27,803 nucleotides of DNA. It comes from a virus (taxonomy: Duplodnaviria; Caudoviricetes). The stretch spans positions 1-27,803 of the IMG/VR virus record IMGVR_UViG_3300048598_000045. One strand, given 5' to 3'. The stretch's first letter is position 1; each line of letters begins with the position of its first letter. The translations under genes were made by a program, and so were the position numbers. This document shows, one piece after another, positions 5,759 to 13,466 of this stretch. The notes beneath the pieces were generated by a model. The model searched no databases. It had not been told where the DNA came from and saw only the letters and a list, made by a program, of their open reading frames with translations.

Positions 5759-6606
5759 TGGCCCGCATCCGCTCAATCCACCCCGGCTTGTTCACCGACG
5801 AAGCTTTCATGTCGGCGTCCGCCCATGCGCGCCTGCTCATCATCGGCATCTGGACCGAGGCATGGGATGATGGCGTGTTCGAGTGGAAGCCGCTCACGCT
5901 CAAGGCCAAGCTGTTCCCGGTCGACAATGTCGACATGGGCGCGCTGCTCGATGAGTTGGTCTCGCTCGACTTCGTGAAGCCTTTCGAGGCTGGGAAGCGG
6001 TATGGCGCAATCCGCAATTTCCAGAAGTACCAGCGCCCCAAAAAGCCGAACAGTTCCGGCGCCCTCCCGGAAATCCTCGCCTCATATGTCGGTCACATTC
6101 CGAACCAGTTCCCCACCAGTTCCGAAAAGTCTCCGCAGATGGAGGATGGAGGAGGGAGGGAAGGGGAAGAAGAAGACGATGCTGCTAGCGCAGCATCTAG
6201 CGCGAGCGCTCCTGTTTTGGATTTGGAAGATGCAGAAAGGCGCTGCTGCGAGGCCGCTGGGTCAGATCGTATTGGGTCATTCGCGCCGATAGCCGAGCTG
6301 CTTCATCGCCAAGCCGATCTTGAGCGCGACGTTCTCCCGGTCCTGCGATCCAGGCCGGCCGGCCCGAACGGCATCAAGTCGTGGCGCTACTACGCCCCGA
6401 TCATCGCGGAGGCACTGGCGAAGCGCGCCCCGGCCACCGCCGCCAGCGGCCCGCCCAAAGTCCACGTCATGTCCGGAACGCCCGAATGGGATGCTTGGGT
6501 CGCCCATGAGGGCAAATCCCACCCGGCCGACGCAAAGGGCGGCTGGTACTTCCCGGCACGATGGCCCCCGGCCACCCCCAACACCGGAAGGGAGAAAGCG
6601 GCATGA
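5758..6606 (+). CDS. Phage replication initiator (lambda O analogue)
   Basis: MARIRSIHPGLFTDE...ARLLIIGIWTEAWDDGVFEWKPLTLKAKLFP...NFQKYQRP N-terminus; internal repeats in the linker. Confidence 0.85.
   Translation: MARIRSIHPGLFTDEAFMSASAHARLLIIGIWTEAWDDGVFEWKPLTLKAKLFPVDNVDMGALLDELVSLDFVKPFEAGKRYGAIRNFQKYQRPKKPNSSGALPEILASYVGHIPNQFPTSSEKSPQMEDGGGREGEEEDDAASAASSASAPVLDLEDAERRCCEAAGSDRIGSFAPIAELLHRQADLERDVLPVLRSRPAGPNGIKSWRYYAPIIAEALAKRAPATAASGPPKVHVMSGTPEWDAWVAHEGKSHPADAKGGWYFPARWPPATPNTGREKAA
6051..6178. other. Putative replication origin (iterons) inside initiator gene
   Basis: CAGTTCC at 6051, ACCAGTTCC at 6104 and 6115 (11-bp period), then purine-rich tract 6141-6178. Confidence 0.5.
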
Positions 6607-6737
6607 GCGGTTCGATTCACATCGCTGCGCTTCAGGTGTCGCTCGCCATCATATTCAGCGCCTGGTTGGTCGCTAGCGCCATCGAACGCTCGCTGAAACG
6701 CCCCACCCCCACCAACCAGAACAGGAGCGAGGGATGA
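6603..6737 (+). CDS. 44-aa single-TM peptide
   Basis: Manual translation MSGSIHIAALQVSLAIIFSAWLVASAIERSLKRPTPTNQNRSEG; ATGA coupling. Confidence 0.55.
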   Translation: MSGSIHIAALQVSLAIIFSAWLVASAIERSLKRPTPTNQNRSEG

Positions 6738-6868
6738 GCGCCATCATCAAAGCCGTAGGGAATGTGGCAATCGGGCTCGCCGCAGTCAGTTCTGCCATGG
6801 TGACGATGGCGTGGCTGTTCTTCCTGCCATCAGTCGGAGCTCTGTGGCTGCTTGGGTGGCTGAAATGA
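6734..6868 (+). CDS. 44-aa hydrophobic peptide
   Basis: MSAIIKAVGNVAIGLAAVSSAMVTMAWLFFLPSVGALWLLGWLK; AGGAG SD, ATGA coupling. Confidence 0.6.
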   Translation: MSAIIKAVGNVAIGLAAVSSAMVTMAWLFFLPSVGALWLLGWLK

Positions 6869-6972
6869 GCGTCGGACGGAGAGGGTTCCTTCGGCTGCTG
6901 GCGGCCGCGCCCGTCGCCGCTCCGGTCGTGGCGCGAGCCCGCGCGACCTGCATCAAACTCACGAAGGACTGA
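6865..6972 (+). CDS. 35-aa peptide resembling a bare twin-arginine signal sequence (possible remnant)
   Basis: MSVGRRGFLRLLAAAPVAAPVVARARATCIKLTKD; ATGA coupling. Confidence 0.5.
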   Translation: MSVGRRGFLRLLAAAPVAAPVVARARATCIKLTKD

Positions 6973-7180
6973 CAGCATGACGCCTCAGGAAATCGCAGAA
7001 GTCGAGGTCAATCTGTTGGAGCGCCTGAAGGATGCTCTAGCCAGCGCGCACCTTGGCGAGAATGCCACCGCAGAGGGCGCACGGATCTTCCTGTTCAAGA
7101 CCTTCGACAGCCTGCGCATCGTCGCTCAGGCACAAGCCGGCTTGCCGGTCACGAAGCCCAACTGAAGGACTGACAGCATG
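6963..7180 (+). repeat. 17-bp direct repeats flanking a small gene
   Basis: GAAGGACTGACAGCATG at 6963-6979 and 7164-7180. Confidence 0.9.
6977..7165 (+). CDS. 62-aa hypothetical protein
   Basis: AAGGA SD; helical ORF bounded by the direct repeats. Confidence 0.7.
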   Translation: MTPQEIAEVEVNLLERLKDALASAHLGENATAEGARIFLFKTFDSLRIVAQAQAGLPVTKPN

Positions 7181-7708
7181 GCGAAGGCAGGCCCGAAAAG
7201 GCGAGAAGGCGTGAGACGATATCAGAATGGCTCAATCGTCCGAGCTGATCGCGGAGAGCGGCCTGACAAGGTGGTGGCTGTCGTCCTCGCGCAGCCGCAT
7301 AGGCGAGGGGAGCGCGATCACCGCGCCGGCTTCGTCTATGGCCGGCTTTGGCTTGGCGGCATGATCGACGACCGCCAGTATCAGGCGGCAGAGATCTTCA
7401 CCAAACGCGCCGTCCGCTACATGGGGCAGATCACCGGCAGCCTGCCGCGCTTCCCCAGCATCGCCGCAAACATGGTCGGCACGTTCTCCAGCGGCAGCGG
7501 CGCCGAGCCTGATGACGAGACAGTCGCGTCGATCCGCTCGCAGTATGCCGAGCTGCAAGACGCCCTCGCTGATGCCGGCATGCTTCACGAAGGCAACGCC
7601 ATCCTGACGCGGGTCTGCGTGATGGATAAGGAGGTCGACGGAGATGTGGCTATGGGCGCCTTCCGCTGCGCCCTCAACGTCATTGCGAACAGGATGAGGA
7701 TCACATGA
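7178..7708 (+). CDS. Phage protein at the Q position; probable late-gene regulator
   Basis: Basic N-terminus MAKAGPKRREGVRR, GRLWLGGMIDDRQYQAA motif; last large early gene before the late promoter; function from position only. Confidence 0.65.
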   Translation: MAKAGPKRREGVRRYQNGSIVRADRGERPDKVVAVVLAQPHRRGERDHRAGFVYGRLWLGGMIDDRQYQAAEIFTKRAVRYMGQITGSLPRFPSIAANMVGTFSSGSGAEPDDETVASIRSQYAELQDALADAGMLHEGNAILTRVCVMDKEVDGDVAMGAFRCALNVIANRMRIT

Positions 7709-7863
7709 AGTGGTATGAGGATGGAAGGAAGGTTCTGGCCGCCGCTATAGTGTTCGCGGTAGCGGTCGGTGCTTGGATGGGGCGCTATCAGGTCATCAAT
7801 TCTCAAACCATCAAGAATCGGTTCACGGGGGCCATTTGCTCCGCGCATTTGAATTGCTGGTAG
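7705..7863 (+). CDS. 52-aa membrane-anchored peptide with two C-terminal cysteines
   Basis: Manual translation MKWYEDGRKVLAAAIVFAVAVGAWMGRYQVINSQTIKNRFTGAICSAHLNCW; GAGGA SD, ATGA overlap. Confidence 0.6.
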   Translation: MKWYEDGRKVLAAAIVFAVAVGAWMGRYQVINSQTIKNRFTGAICSAHLNCW

Positions 7864-7867
7864 GGGC

Positions 7868-7951
7868 TTGACTCGCGCCCGCGCGTGTGGCATTTCCCGA
7901 TATGCAGATTAGCAGTGTTGCGCCCGGTCCAGAAATGAGCCGGGCGCTTCT
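7868..7951 (+). promoter_or_regulatory. Putative late promoter followed by an attenuator-like hairpin
   Basis: TTGACT at 7868-7873 with weak -10 near 7890-7896; stem GCGCCCGG (7920-7927)/CCGGGCGC (7940-7947) then TTCT. Confidence 0.5.
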
Positions 7952-7954
7952 GAT

Positions 7955-8087
7955 TCGGCGAGCGGCGCTGAAGGAAGCGTGGAGCCTGCAATCAGGGACT
8001 CGTTAGGCGAAAGCCTTCAGGTGCACGAGTGGCTGCCACACCAGCCAGCGAGAAGCCCTAAGCCGGTATCAAGCCCGGCCTCGTCGA
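7955..8087 (+). ncRNA. tRNA-like structured RNA with enlarged multibranch central domain
   Basis: Acceptor-like stem TCGGCGAG/CTCGTCGA, D-like arm GCGCT-GAAGGA-AGCGT, T-like arm GCCGG-TATCAAGC-CCGGC, internal hairpins. Confidence 0.5.
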
Positions 8088-8093
8088 TACAGT

Positions 8094-8164
8094 TCGTGCG
8101 AAATACCCGATTGGTCGTCGGGGAGCGCTGCTGACCACAGCGCAAGGTGGCAACAGCCGCACGA
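8094..8164 (+). ncRNA. Second cloverleaf-like structured RNA (71 nt)
   Basis: Closing stem TCGTGCG/CGCACGA; arms CCCGA/TCGGG, GCGCTG-CTGACCA-CAGCGC, and a short GCAA-loop arm. Confidence 0.45.
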
Positions 8165-8172
8165 TCCTTCCC

Positions 8173-8197
8173 GCCCGGCCTCACCGCCGGGCTTTTT
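8173..8197 (+). terminator. Intrinsic terminator closing the non-coding late leader
   Basis: GCCCGGC-CTCACC-GCCGGGC-TTTTT. Confidence 0.8.
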
Positions 8198-8209
8198 CGT
8201 AGGTGAGCA

Positions 8210-8596
8210 ATGACCGAACAGGAAAAGCCTCGCCTCTACGCCCATGTCAGAGGCGGCTACGTCCTCGCCACAGGCCCGAGCGACTTCATCCGCCCTCGCA
8301 TGGCCGAAGGCGACGAGATCATGCCCTACATCGCCCCGACTGAGCCGGGGAGCACGATCAACTTCATCGACCGCAGCCTCGGCGAGGTGCGCGCTCTCTC
8401 GCGTGAAGCGGCGACCACAGAGGAAGAGCGTGCAGCCTGGCGCACCATCGACCGCGCCATCGCCTATCCCCTGATGAGCGATCAGATCGGCGCCATCCTG
8501 AAGCAGCTCGAATTGATGACCGCGGCAGGCGAGCGCCATCCAGAGTTTCAAGCCATCCTCGACAGCGTTGCCGAGGTGAAGACGCGGTTGGCGTGA
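8210..8596 (+). CDS. Hypothetical protein; C-terminus resembles tail-fibre assembly-type proteins
   Basis: R.IAYPLMSDQIGAILK...VAEVKTRL motif; AGGTGAG SD; coupled to small terminase. Confidence 0.75.
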   Translation: MTEQEKPRLYAHVRGGYVLATGPSDFIRPRMAEGDEIMPYIAPTEPGSTINFIDRSLGEVRALSREAATTEEERAAWRTIDRAIAYPLMSDQIGAILKQLELMTAAGERHPEFQAILDSVAEVKTRLA

Positions 8597-9048
8597 TGGG
8601 CGCTGACGATGTCACGCCAGAGATGATCGATGAGTGTTTGGCGCTCATCGCAATAGGCGAGCCAGTCCGAAAAGCCTGCGATGTAGCGGGCATGAGCGCC
8701 CAGCAGCTTTACCGCAGGATGCTCGCCGACAAGGACATTGCGGAACGGTACGCGCGCGCAAAGGAAGCAGCGCTCGACGCGATGGCTGACGACATCCTGG
8801 CCATTGCCGACGACGGCGGGAACGACACGTACACCGACGATGACGGGAACGAGCGCACGCGGTCGGATGTGATCGCCCGCTCAAAGCTCCGCGTCGACGC
8901 CCGCAAATGGATCATGTCGAAGCTCGCGCCGAAGAAGTGGGGCGACAAGATCACCAACGAGCACAGCGGCCCGGACGGCGGCCCGATACAGGTTGCGAGG
9001 GTAGAGCGTGTCATCGTCCGCCCGAACGCTCCAGATCCCGACAGCTGA
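8596..9048 (+). CDS. terS: Terminase small subunit (Sf6 gp1-like)
   Basis: IAIGEPVRKAC, ERYARAKE, MADDILAIAD, SKLRVDARKWIMSKLAPKKWGDK motifs. Confidence 0.92.
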   Translation: MGADDVTPEMIDECLALIAIGEPVRKACDVAGMSAQQLYRRMLADKDIAERYARAKEAALDAMADDILAIADDGGNDTYTDDDGNERTRSDVIARSKLRVDARKWIMSKLAPKKWGDKITNEHSGPDGGPIQVARVERVIVRPNAPDPDS

Positions 9049-10321
9049 GGTATTCGAGCCGCTCCTTGGCCCGGCCCGATACAAGGGCGCGCATGGTGGC
9101 CGCGGGTCTGGCAAGTCGCATTTCTTCGCCGGGCTGCTGATCGAGGACAGCCTTGCCGAGCATGGCTTGCTCTCGGTCTGCATTCGCGAGGTTCAGAAGA
9201 CACTCAAGGAATCGGCCAAGCGTCTCATCGAGGCAAAGCTGGCCGATTTCAGGCTTGGCGAGGCTGACGGATTCAAGGTCTTCCGCGAGGTGATCGAAAC
9301 GCCCGGCGATGGCGCGGTCATCTTCCAGGGCATGCAGGACCACACAGCGGAATCGATCAAGTCGCTGGAGGGCTTCAAGCGTGCTTGGTGTGAAGAGGCG
9401 CAGACGCTTTCGGCCCGCTCGCTGAGCCTGCTTCGCCCGACAATCCGCTCCGAAGGCTCGGAGCTGTGGTTCGGCTGGAACCCGCGGCGCAAGGCCGACC
9501 CGGTCGACCAGATGCTCCGGGGCGCGGTGCTCCCGACTGGCGCAGCAGTCGTGCAGGCGAACTGGAAGCATAACCCATGGTTCCCGAGCGTACTCGAACA
9601 GGAGCGCCTCGATTGCCTGCGGGACAACCCCGAGCAGTATGATCACATCTGGGAAGGCGATTACGCCAAGGTGACCGTTGGCGCCTACTACGCGACGCAA
9701 CTCGCGCAAGCCCGTCAGCAAGGCCGCATCAGCAGGGTCGCTGCCGACCCGCTGATGACGACCCGAGCGATATGGGACATTGGCGGTACAGGCGCGAAGG
9801 CGGATGCCTGCTCAATCTGGATCATGCAGTTCATCGGGCGCGAAATCCGCGTGCTCGACTACTACGAAGCGCAGGGCCAGCCGCTCGCGACGCATGTGCA
9901 GTGGCTCCGTTCCAACGGCTACGGGAACGCGCTCTGCATCCTGCCGCATGACGGTGCGAGCAACGACAAGGTCTACGCCGTCTCCTACGAGAGCGCGCTG
10001 AGAGAGGCCGGGTTCGAGGTCATCGTCGTGCCCAACCAGGGCAAGGGCGCGGCCATGTTCCGCATCGAGGCGGCACGCCGGCTCTTCCCGAGCATCTGGT
10101 TCAACGAAAAGACGACGACCGCGGGCGTCGAAGCGCTTGGCGCCTACCATGCTCGCAAGGATGAGGCTCGGGATATCGATCTCGGGCCAGAACACGATTG
10201 GGCTTCACACGCAGCGGACGCCTTCGGGTTGGGCTGCGTGGTCTACGAAGAGCCGAGGACGACCAAGATGGAACGCAAGCTCCGTATCGGCGGTCGACCT
10301 GGCGGATGGATGGGCGCCTGA
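9008..10321 (+). CDS. terL: Terminase large subunit (PBSX-type)
   Basis: Walker A GAHGGRGSGKS, Walker B WCEEAQ, WNP, C-terminal nuclease HDWASHAADAF. Confidence 0.95.
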   Translation: MSSSARTLQIPTAEVFEPLLGPARYKGAHGGRGSGKSHFFAGLLIEDSLAEHGLLSVCIREVQKTLKESAKRLIEAKLADFRLGEADGFKVFREVIETPGDGAVIFQGMQDHTAESIKSLEGFKRAWCEEAQTLSARSLSLLRPTIRSEGSELWFGWNPRRKADPVDQMLRGAVLPTGAAVVQANWKHNPWFPSVLEQERLDCLRDNPEQYDHIWEGDYAKVTVGAYYATQLAQARQQGRISRVAADPLMTTRAIWDIGGTGAKADACSIWIMQFIGREIRVLDYYEAQGQPLATHVQWLRSNGYGNALCILPHDGASNDKVYAVSYESALREAGFEVIVVPNQGKGAAMFRIEAARRLFPSIWFNEKTTTAGVEALGAYHARKDEARDIDLGPEHDWASHAADAFGLGCVVYEEPRTTKMERKLRIGGRPGGWMGA

Positions 10322-12513
10322 TGGCTGAAATCGACGCCAAGACCGAGCGCAATGACGACGGCGACGAGAGCGCCGAAATCGTCCGCGACGCGCTCAAGGT
10401 CTACGACGACTGGATGGATCGCGAACGCGATAACATCGACGAGGGCTATGACGACCTCGAATTCCGCGCGGGCAACCAGTGGCCCGAGGAGATCAGGCGG
10501 GAGCGCGAGGACGAAAACCGGCCCTGCCAGACCATCAACCAGATCCCGCAGTACGTCCGCCAAGTCACAGGCGACATGCGGCAGATGCGGCCGGCGATCA
10601 AGGTCGTCCCGGTTGATGATAACGGCGATGAGGAGAAGGCTGAGGCTTTCGAGGGCGTGGTTCGCTACATCGAAAACAGGTCAGATGCGCCCGGCGTCTA
10701 TTTCCAAGGGGCTGATAGCCAGGTCACGTGTGGAATGGGCGCGTGGCGCGTCATCAAAGAATACGCCAGCGTATCAACCTTCAACATGGAGCTGCGGGTT
10801 GCCCCGATCGAGGACGCCTTAGGCGTCATGTTCGATCTGGATGCTGTTCTCCCGACCAAAGAAGACGCGGTGAAGTGCCTTGTGCACTTCGACGTGTTGA
10901 GGGACCGCTTCAAGAAGCAGTGGCCGGATGCCACGCCGATCGATTTCTCCCCCACGGGAGAGGCAAGCAGCTATCATGGCGATTGGGTGAAATCCGATAC
11001 GATACGCGTCGGAGAATACTGGGAGAAGAAGCCCACGAAGCGCCTCCTCGCAATGCTGGAAGACGGCAGCGTCGAGGATGTGACTGACGACCCGCAGCGG
11101 TCGTCTCAGTTGCAGGCGGATGGTTATCGCGTTGAGAAGCGCGATTCTTTCAAGGTCTTCCGCTATCTCGTGACCGCGCACGAGGTCATCGAAGGCCCGG
11201 AGGAGTGGCCCGGCTCCTATATCCCGATCATCCCCGTCGTGGGCGAAGAGGTGCGGATCGGGCGCAAGATCATCCGCCATGGCGTGGTTCGCTTCGCCAA
11301 GGACCCGCAGCGCACCTACAATTACATGTCGTCGGCCGAGACTGAGGTGACGGCACTCCAGCCGAAAGCCCCATTCATCGGAACGGAGAAGAATTTCGAG
11401 CAGTACCAGGACGTTTGGGAAACTGCGAACCGGAAGAACCATCCGTATCTCGCCTACACGCCTGACCCGGCCAACGGGAACCTGCCGCCGCAGCGTGTGC
11501 AGCCGGCAGTGTCGTCTCAGGGTATCTCGGCAGGTATCGAGCGTGCTGGCCGCGATCTCCAGTCGGTTATCGGCATCTACAACGCTTCGCTGGGGGCCGC
11601 GTCGAATGAGACGAGTGGAAAGGCCGTTCTGGCACGCCAGCGCGAGGGCGATACCGGGACCTACGTCTATATCGACAACTGGGCGCGCGCGATCCGCTAC
11701 ACCGGCAAGATCCTCGTCGATCTAATCCCCCACGTTTACGACACGGCCCGCGTTCTGCGGATCATCGGTGACGACGGCAAGCGCGAGGAAATCCGCATCA
11801 ATCAGGTCGGCGGCATGATGCCAGACGGGCGCACGCCGCAGGTGTTCAACGACGTCACGACGGGCGCCTATGATGTCTCGCTTCAGATGGGGCCGAGTTA
11901 TTCCACCAAGCGCGAGGAAGCGCGCGATGGCATGACGGCCTTCATCCAAGCTGCCCCACAGACCGCGCCCCTGATCCTCGATCTGGTTGCGAAGAGTCAG
12001 GATTGGCACCTCGCTGACGAGATCGCCGAACGCCTCGAAACGGTCCTCCCCCCCGAGATCCGAGCCGCGAAGGCAGAGAAGGAAGGCAAGCCGCTCCCGC
12101 AGGCTCTCCAGCCGCCGCAACCAAACCCGGCGCAGCAGGCCGCCATGCAGATGGAAATGGCCGCTAAGGAAGCCGAGGTGGTCGGCAAGCAGGCCGACGC
12201 GCGCAAGAAAGAGGCTGAGGCCAAGAAGGCCGTGATTGAGCTCCAGACACTTCAGGCGCAGATCGGAGCGTCCTTGGTGGCCCCGCCGCAGCCCCCGGAA
12301 GATCCGCGTATCGAGGCGATGGCCGAGGCGATTGGGCAGCTGGACGCTGCTATGCGCGAGATCATCCCTGTTATCCAGCAGATATCGGCCCCGCCGCCTG
12401 AAATGCCACAACCGCCGCCAGACCCCATGGCCGCGATGCCGATGACCGAACAGCCGCCCTCCGAGGCGGCTTTTTTAATGCCTGAGCAGACGGGGGGAGC
12501 CCCGCAGCTCTAG
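10321..12513 (+). CDS. P22-like portal protein
   Basis: DLEFRAGNQWP, RPCQTINQI, HGVVRFAKDPQR.YNY, SNETSGKAV.ARQREGD, GPSYSTKREE; start at TGATG overlap 10321. Confidence 0.95.
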   Translation: MAEIDAKTERNDDGDESAEIVRDALKVYDDWMDRERDNIDEGYDDLEFRAGNQWPEEIRREREDENRPCQTINQIPQYVRQVTGDMRQMRPAIKVVPVDDNGDEEKAEAFEGVVRYIENRSDAPGVYFQGADSQVTCGMGAWRVIKEYASVSTFNMELRVAPIEDALGVMFDLDAVLPTKEDAVKCLVHFDVLRDRFKKQWPDATPIDFSPTGEASSYHGDWVKSDTIRVGEYWEKKPTKRLLAMLEDGSVEDVTDDPQRSSQLQADGYRVEKRDSFKVFRYLVTAHEVIEGPEEWPGSYIPIIPVVGEEVRIGRKIIRHGVVRFAKDPQRTYNYMSSAETEVTALQPKAPFIGTEKNFEQYQDVWETANRKNHPYLAYTPDPANGNLPPQRVQPAVSSQGISAGIERAGRDLQSVIGIYNASLGAASNETSGKAVLARQREGDTGTYVYIDNWARAIRYTGKILVDLIPHVYDTARVLRIIGDDGKREEIRINQVGGMMPDGRTPQVFNDVTTGAYDVSLQMGPSYSTKREEARDGMTAFIQAAPQTAPLILDLVAKSQDWHLADEIAERLETVLPPEIRAAKAEKEGKPLPQALQPPQPNPAQQAAMQMEMAAKEAEVVGKQADARKKEAEAKKAVIELQTLQAQIGASLVAPPQPPEDPRIEAMAEAIGQLDAAMREIIPVIQQISAPPPEMPQPPPDPMAAMPMTEQPPSEAAFLMPEQTGGAPQL
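12452..12476 (+). terminator. Intrinsic terminator-like hairpin within portal 3' end
   Basis: AGCCGCC-CTCCGA-GGCGGCT-TTTTT. Confidence 0.6.
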
Positions 12514-12562
12514 CCTCTTCGGGCAGGTGTTCGCATGCAGCGGATGCCGCCGCGATGACCGC

Positions 12563-12590
12563 GCCGCCTCCTCACAGGGGCGGCTTTTTT
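12563..12590 (+). terminator. Intrinsic terminator between portal and scaffold
   Basis: GCCGCCTC-CTCACA-GGGGCGGC-TTTTTT. Confidence 0.7.
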
Positions 12591-12602
12591 GTTGGGCAGA
12601 TC

Positions 12603-13454
12603 ATGAGCGAGGAAAAGGCCGCCCCGGAAGCCGTCGTGAACGAGCCTTCGGAAAGCCAGATCAAGCAGGATCAGACCGCCAACGTCTCCGAGGCGCAGGC
12701 CGAAGAGGAGTTGCCGGATACCTGGCCGGAAGCTGAACCGGATAAAACCGGCGAGGCGGAAGGCGACGACGATGAGAAGGGCGAAGACGAGAAGCCGCGG
12801 AAGAGAACGCGCGCCGAACGTCTCCGCCGGCAGAACGAGCGGCTTCATGCCCGCATCGCAGAACTCGAATCCGGGTCGGTCTCCAAGACCGTGCAGGACG
12901 ATTCTTCGATCGAGGCGGAGGTTACGGCTCGGATCGGTGAGCCGCCGAAGGAGGCCGATTTCGCGGACTGGTTCGACTACCAGACCGCCAAGACGGCATA
13001 CGACCTCGATAAGCGGCAGGTCACCCGCCAGATCAAGGAAGGCGCTCAGCAGGCCAAGACAGCCAATGCCGAGCGCATCCGCGAACTGGCCGAAGACTAC
13101 CAGGACAATCTAGGCGAGGTGGCGAAAGCCGTCCCCGACCTGATGGAAGTCCTCGGGAAATCGACCTACCGGCCGACACCCCTCATCGAAACGCTGGTCC
13201 TTGAGGCGGGCGAGAAAGCCCCCCTCGTCGCGTATTTCCTCGCGAAGAACCCCCGAACGGCCGCCGCCCTCAACACGATGTCTCCGCTGGAGGCAGCGCG
13301 CGAGGTGGGCCGCATCGAGGGGAAGGTCGCGCTCCCCAAGCCCAAGACAGCAACCAGCGCCAGCCCGCCACCCTCTGCGGTGCGGGGCAGCGCTTCCCCT
13401 AATCGCGGCCTCGGCAAGTCCATGAGCGACTACGAGCGCTGGCGGAATTCATAA
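12603..13454 (+). CDS. Scaffolding protein
   Basis: Acidic N-terminus, PPKEADF, AYFLAKNP, MSPLEAAREVGRIE, C-terminal MSDYERWR; between portal and coat. Confidence 0.88.
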   Translation: MSEEKAAPEAVVNEPSESQIKQDQTANVSEAQAEEELPDTWPEAEPDKTGEAEGDDDEKGEDEKPRKRTRAERLRRQNERLHARIAELESGSVSKTVQDDSSIEAEVTARIGEPPKEADFADWFDYQTAKTAYDLDKRQVTRQIKEGAQQAKTANAERIRELAEDYQDNLGEVAKAVPDLMEVLGKSTYRPTPLIETLVLEAGEKAPLVAYFLAKNPRTAAALNTMSPLEAAREVGRIEGKVALPKPKTATSASPPPSAVRGSASPNRGLGKSMSDYERWRNS

Positions 13455-13466
13455 GGAACCGCCGCA

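Noticed and set aside
7955-8164. Calling the cloverleaves canonical tRNAs or tmRNA
   Set aside because: No TTCRA T-loop, no encoded CCA, wrong arm sizes, and too short for tmRNA with no tag ORF
10198-10320. Extended starts for portal (10198), and likewise scaffold (12555), MTase (4627) and gp7-like (17240)
   Set aside because: Downstream ATGs are better supported: stop-start coupling (portal, MTase), an SD sequence (gp7-like), or avoiding a terminator (scaffold)
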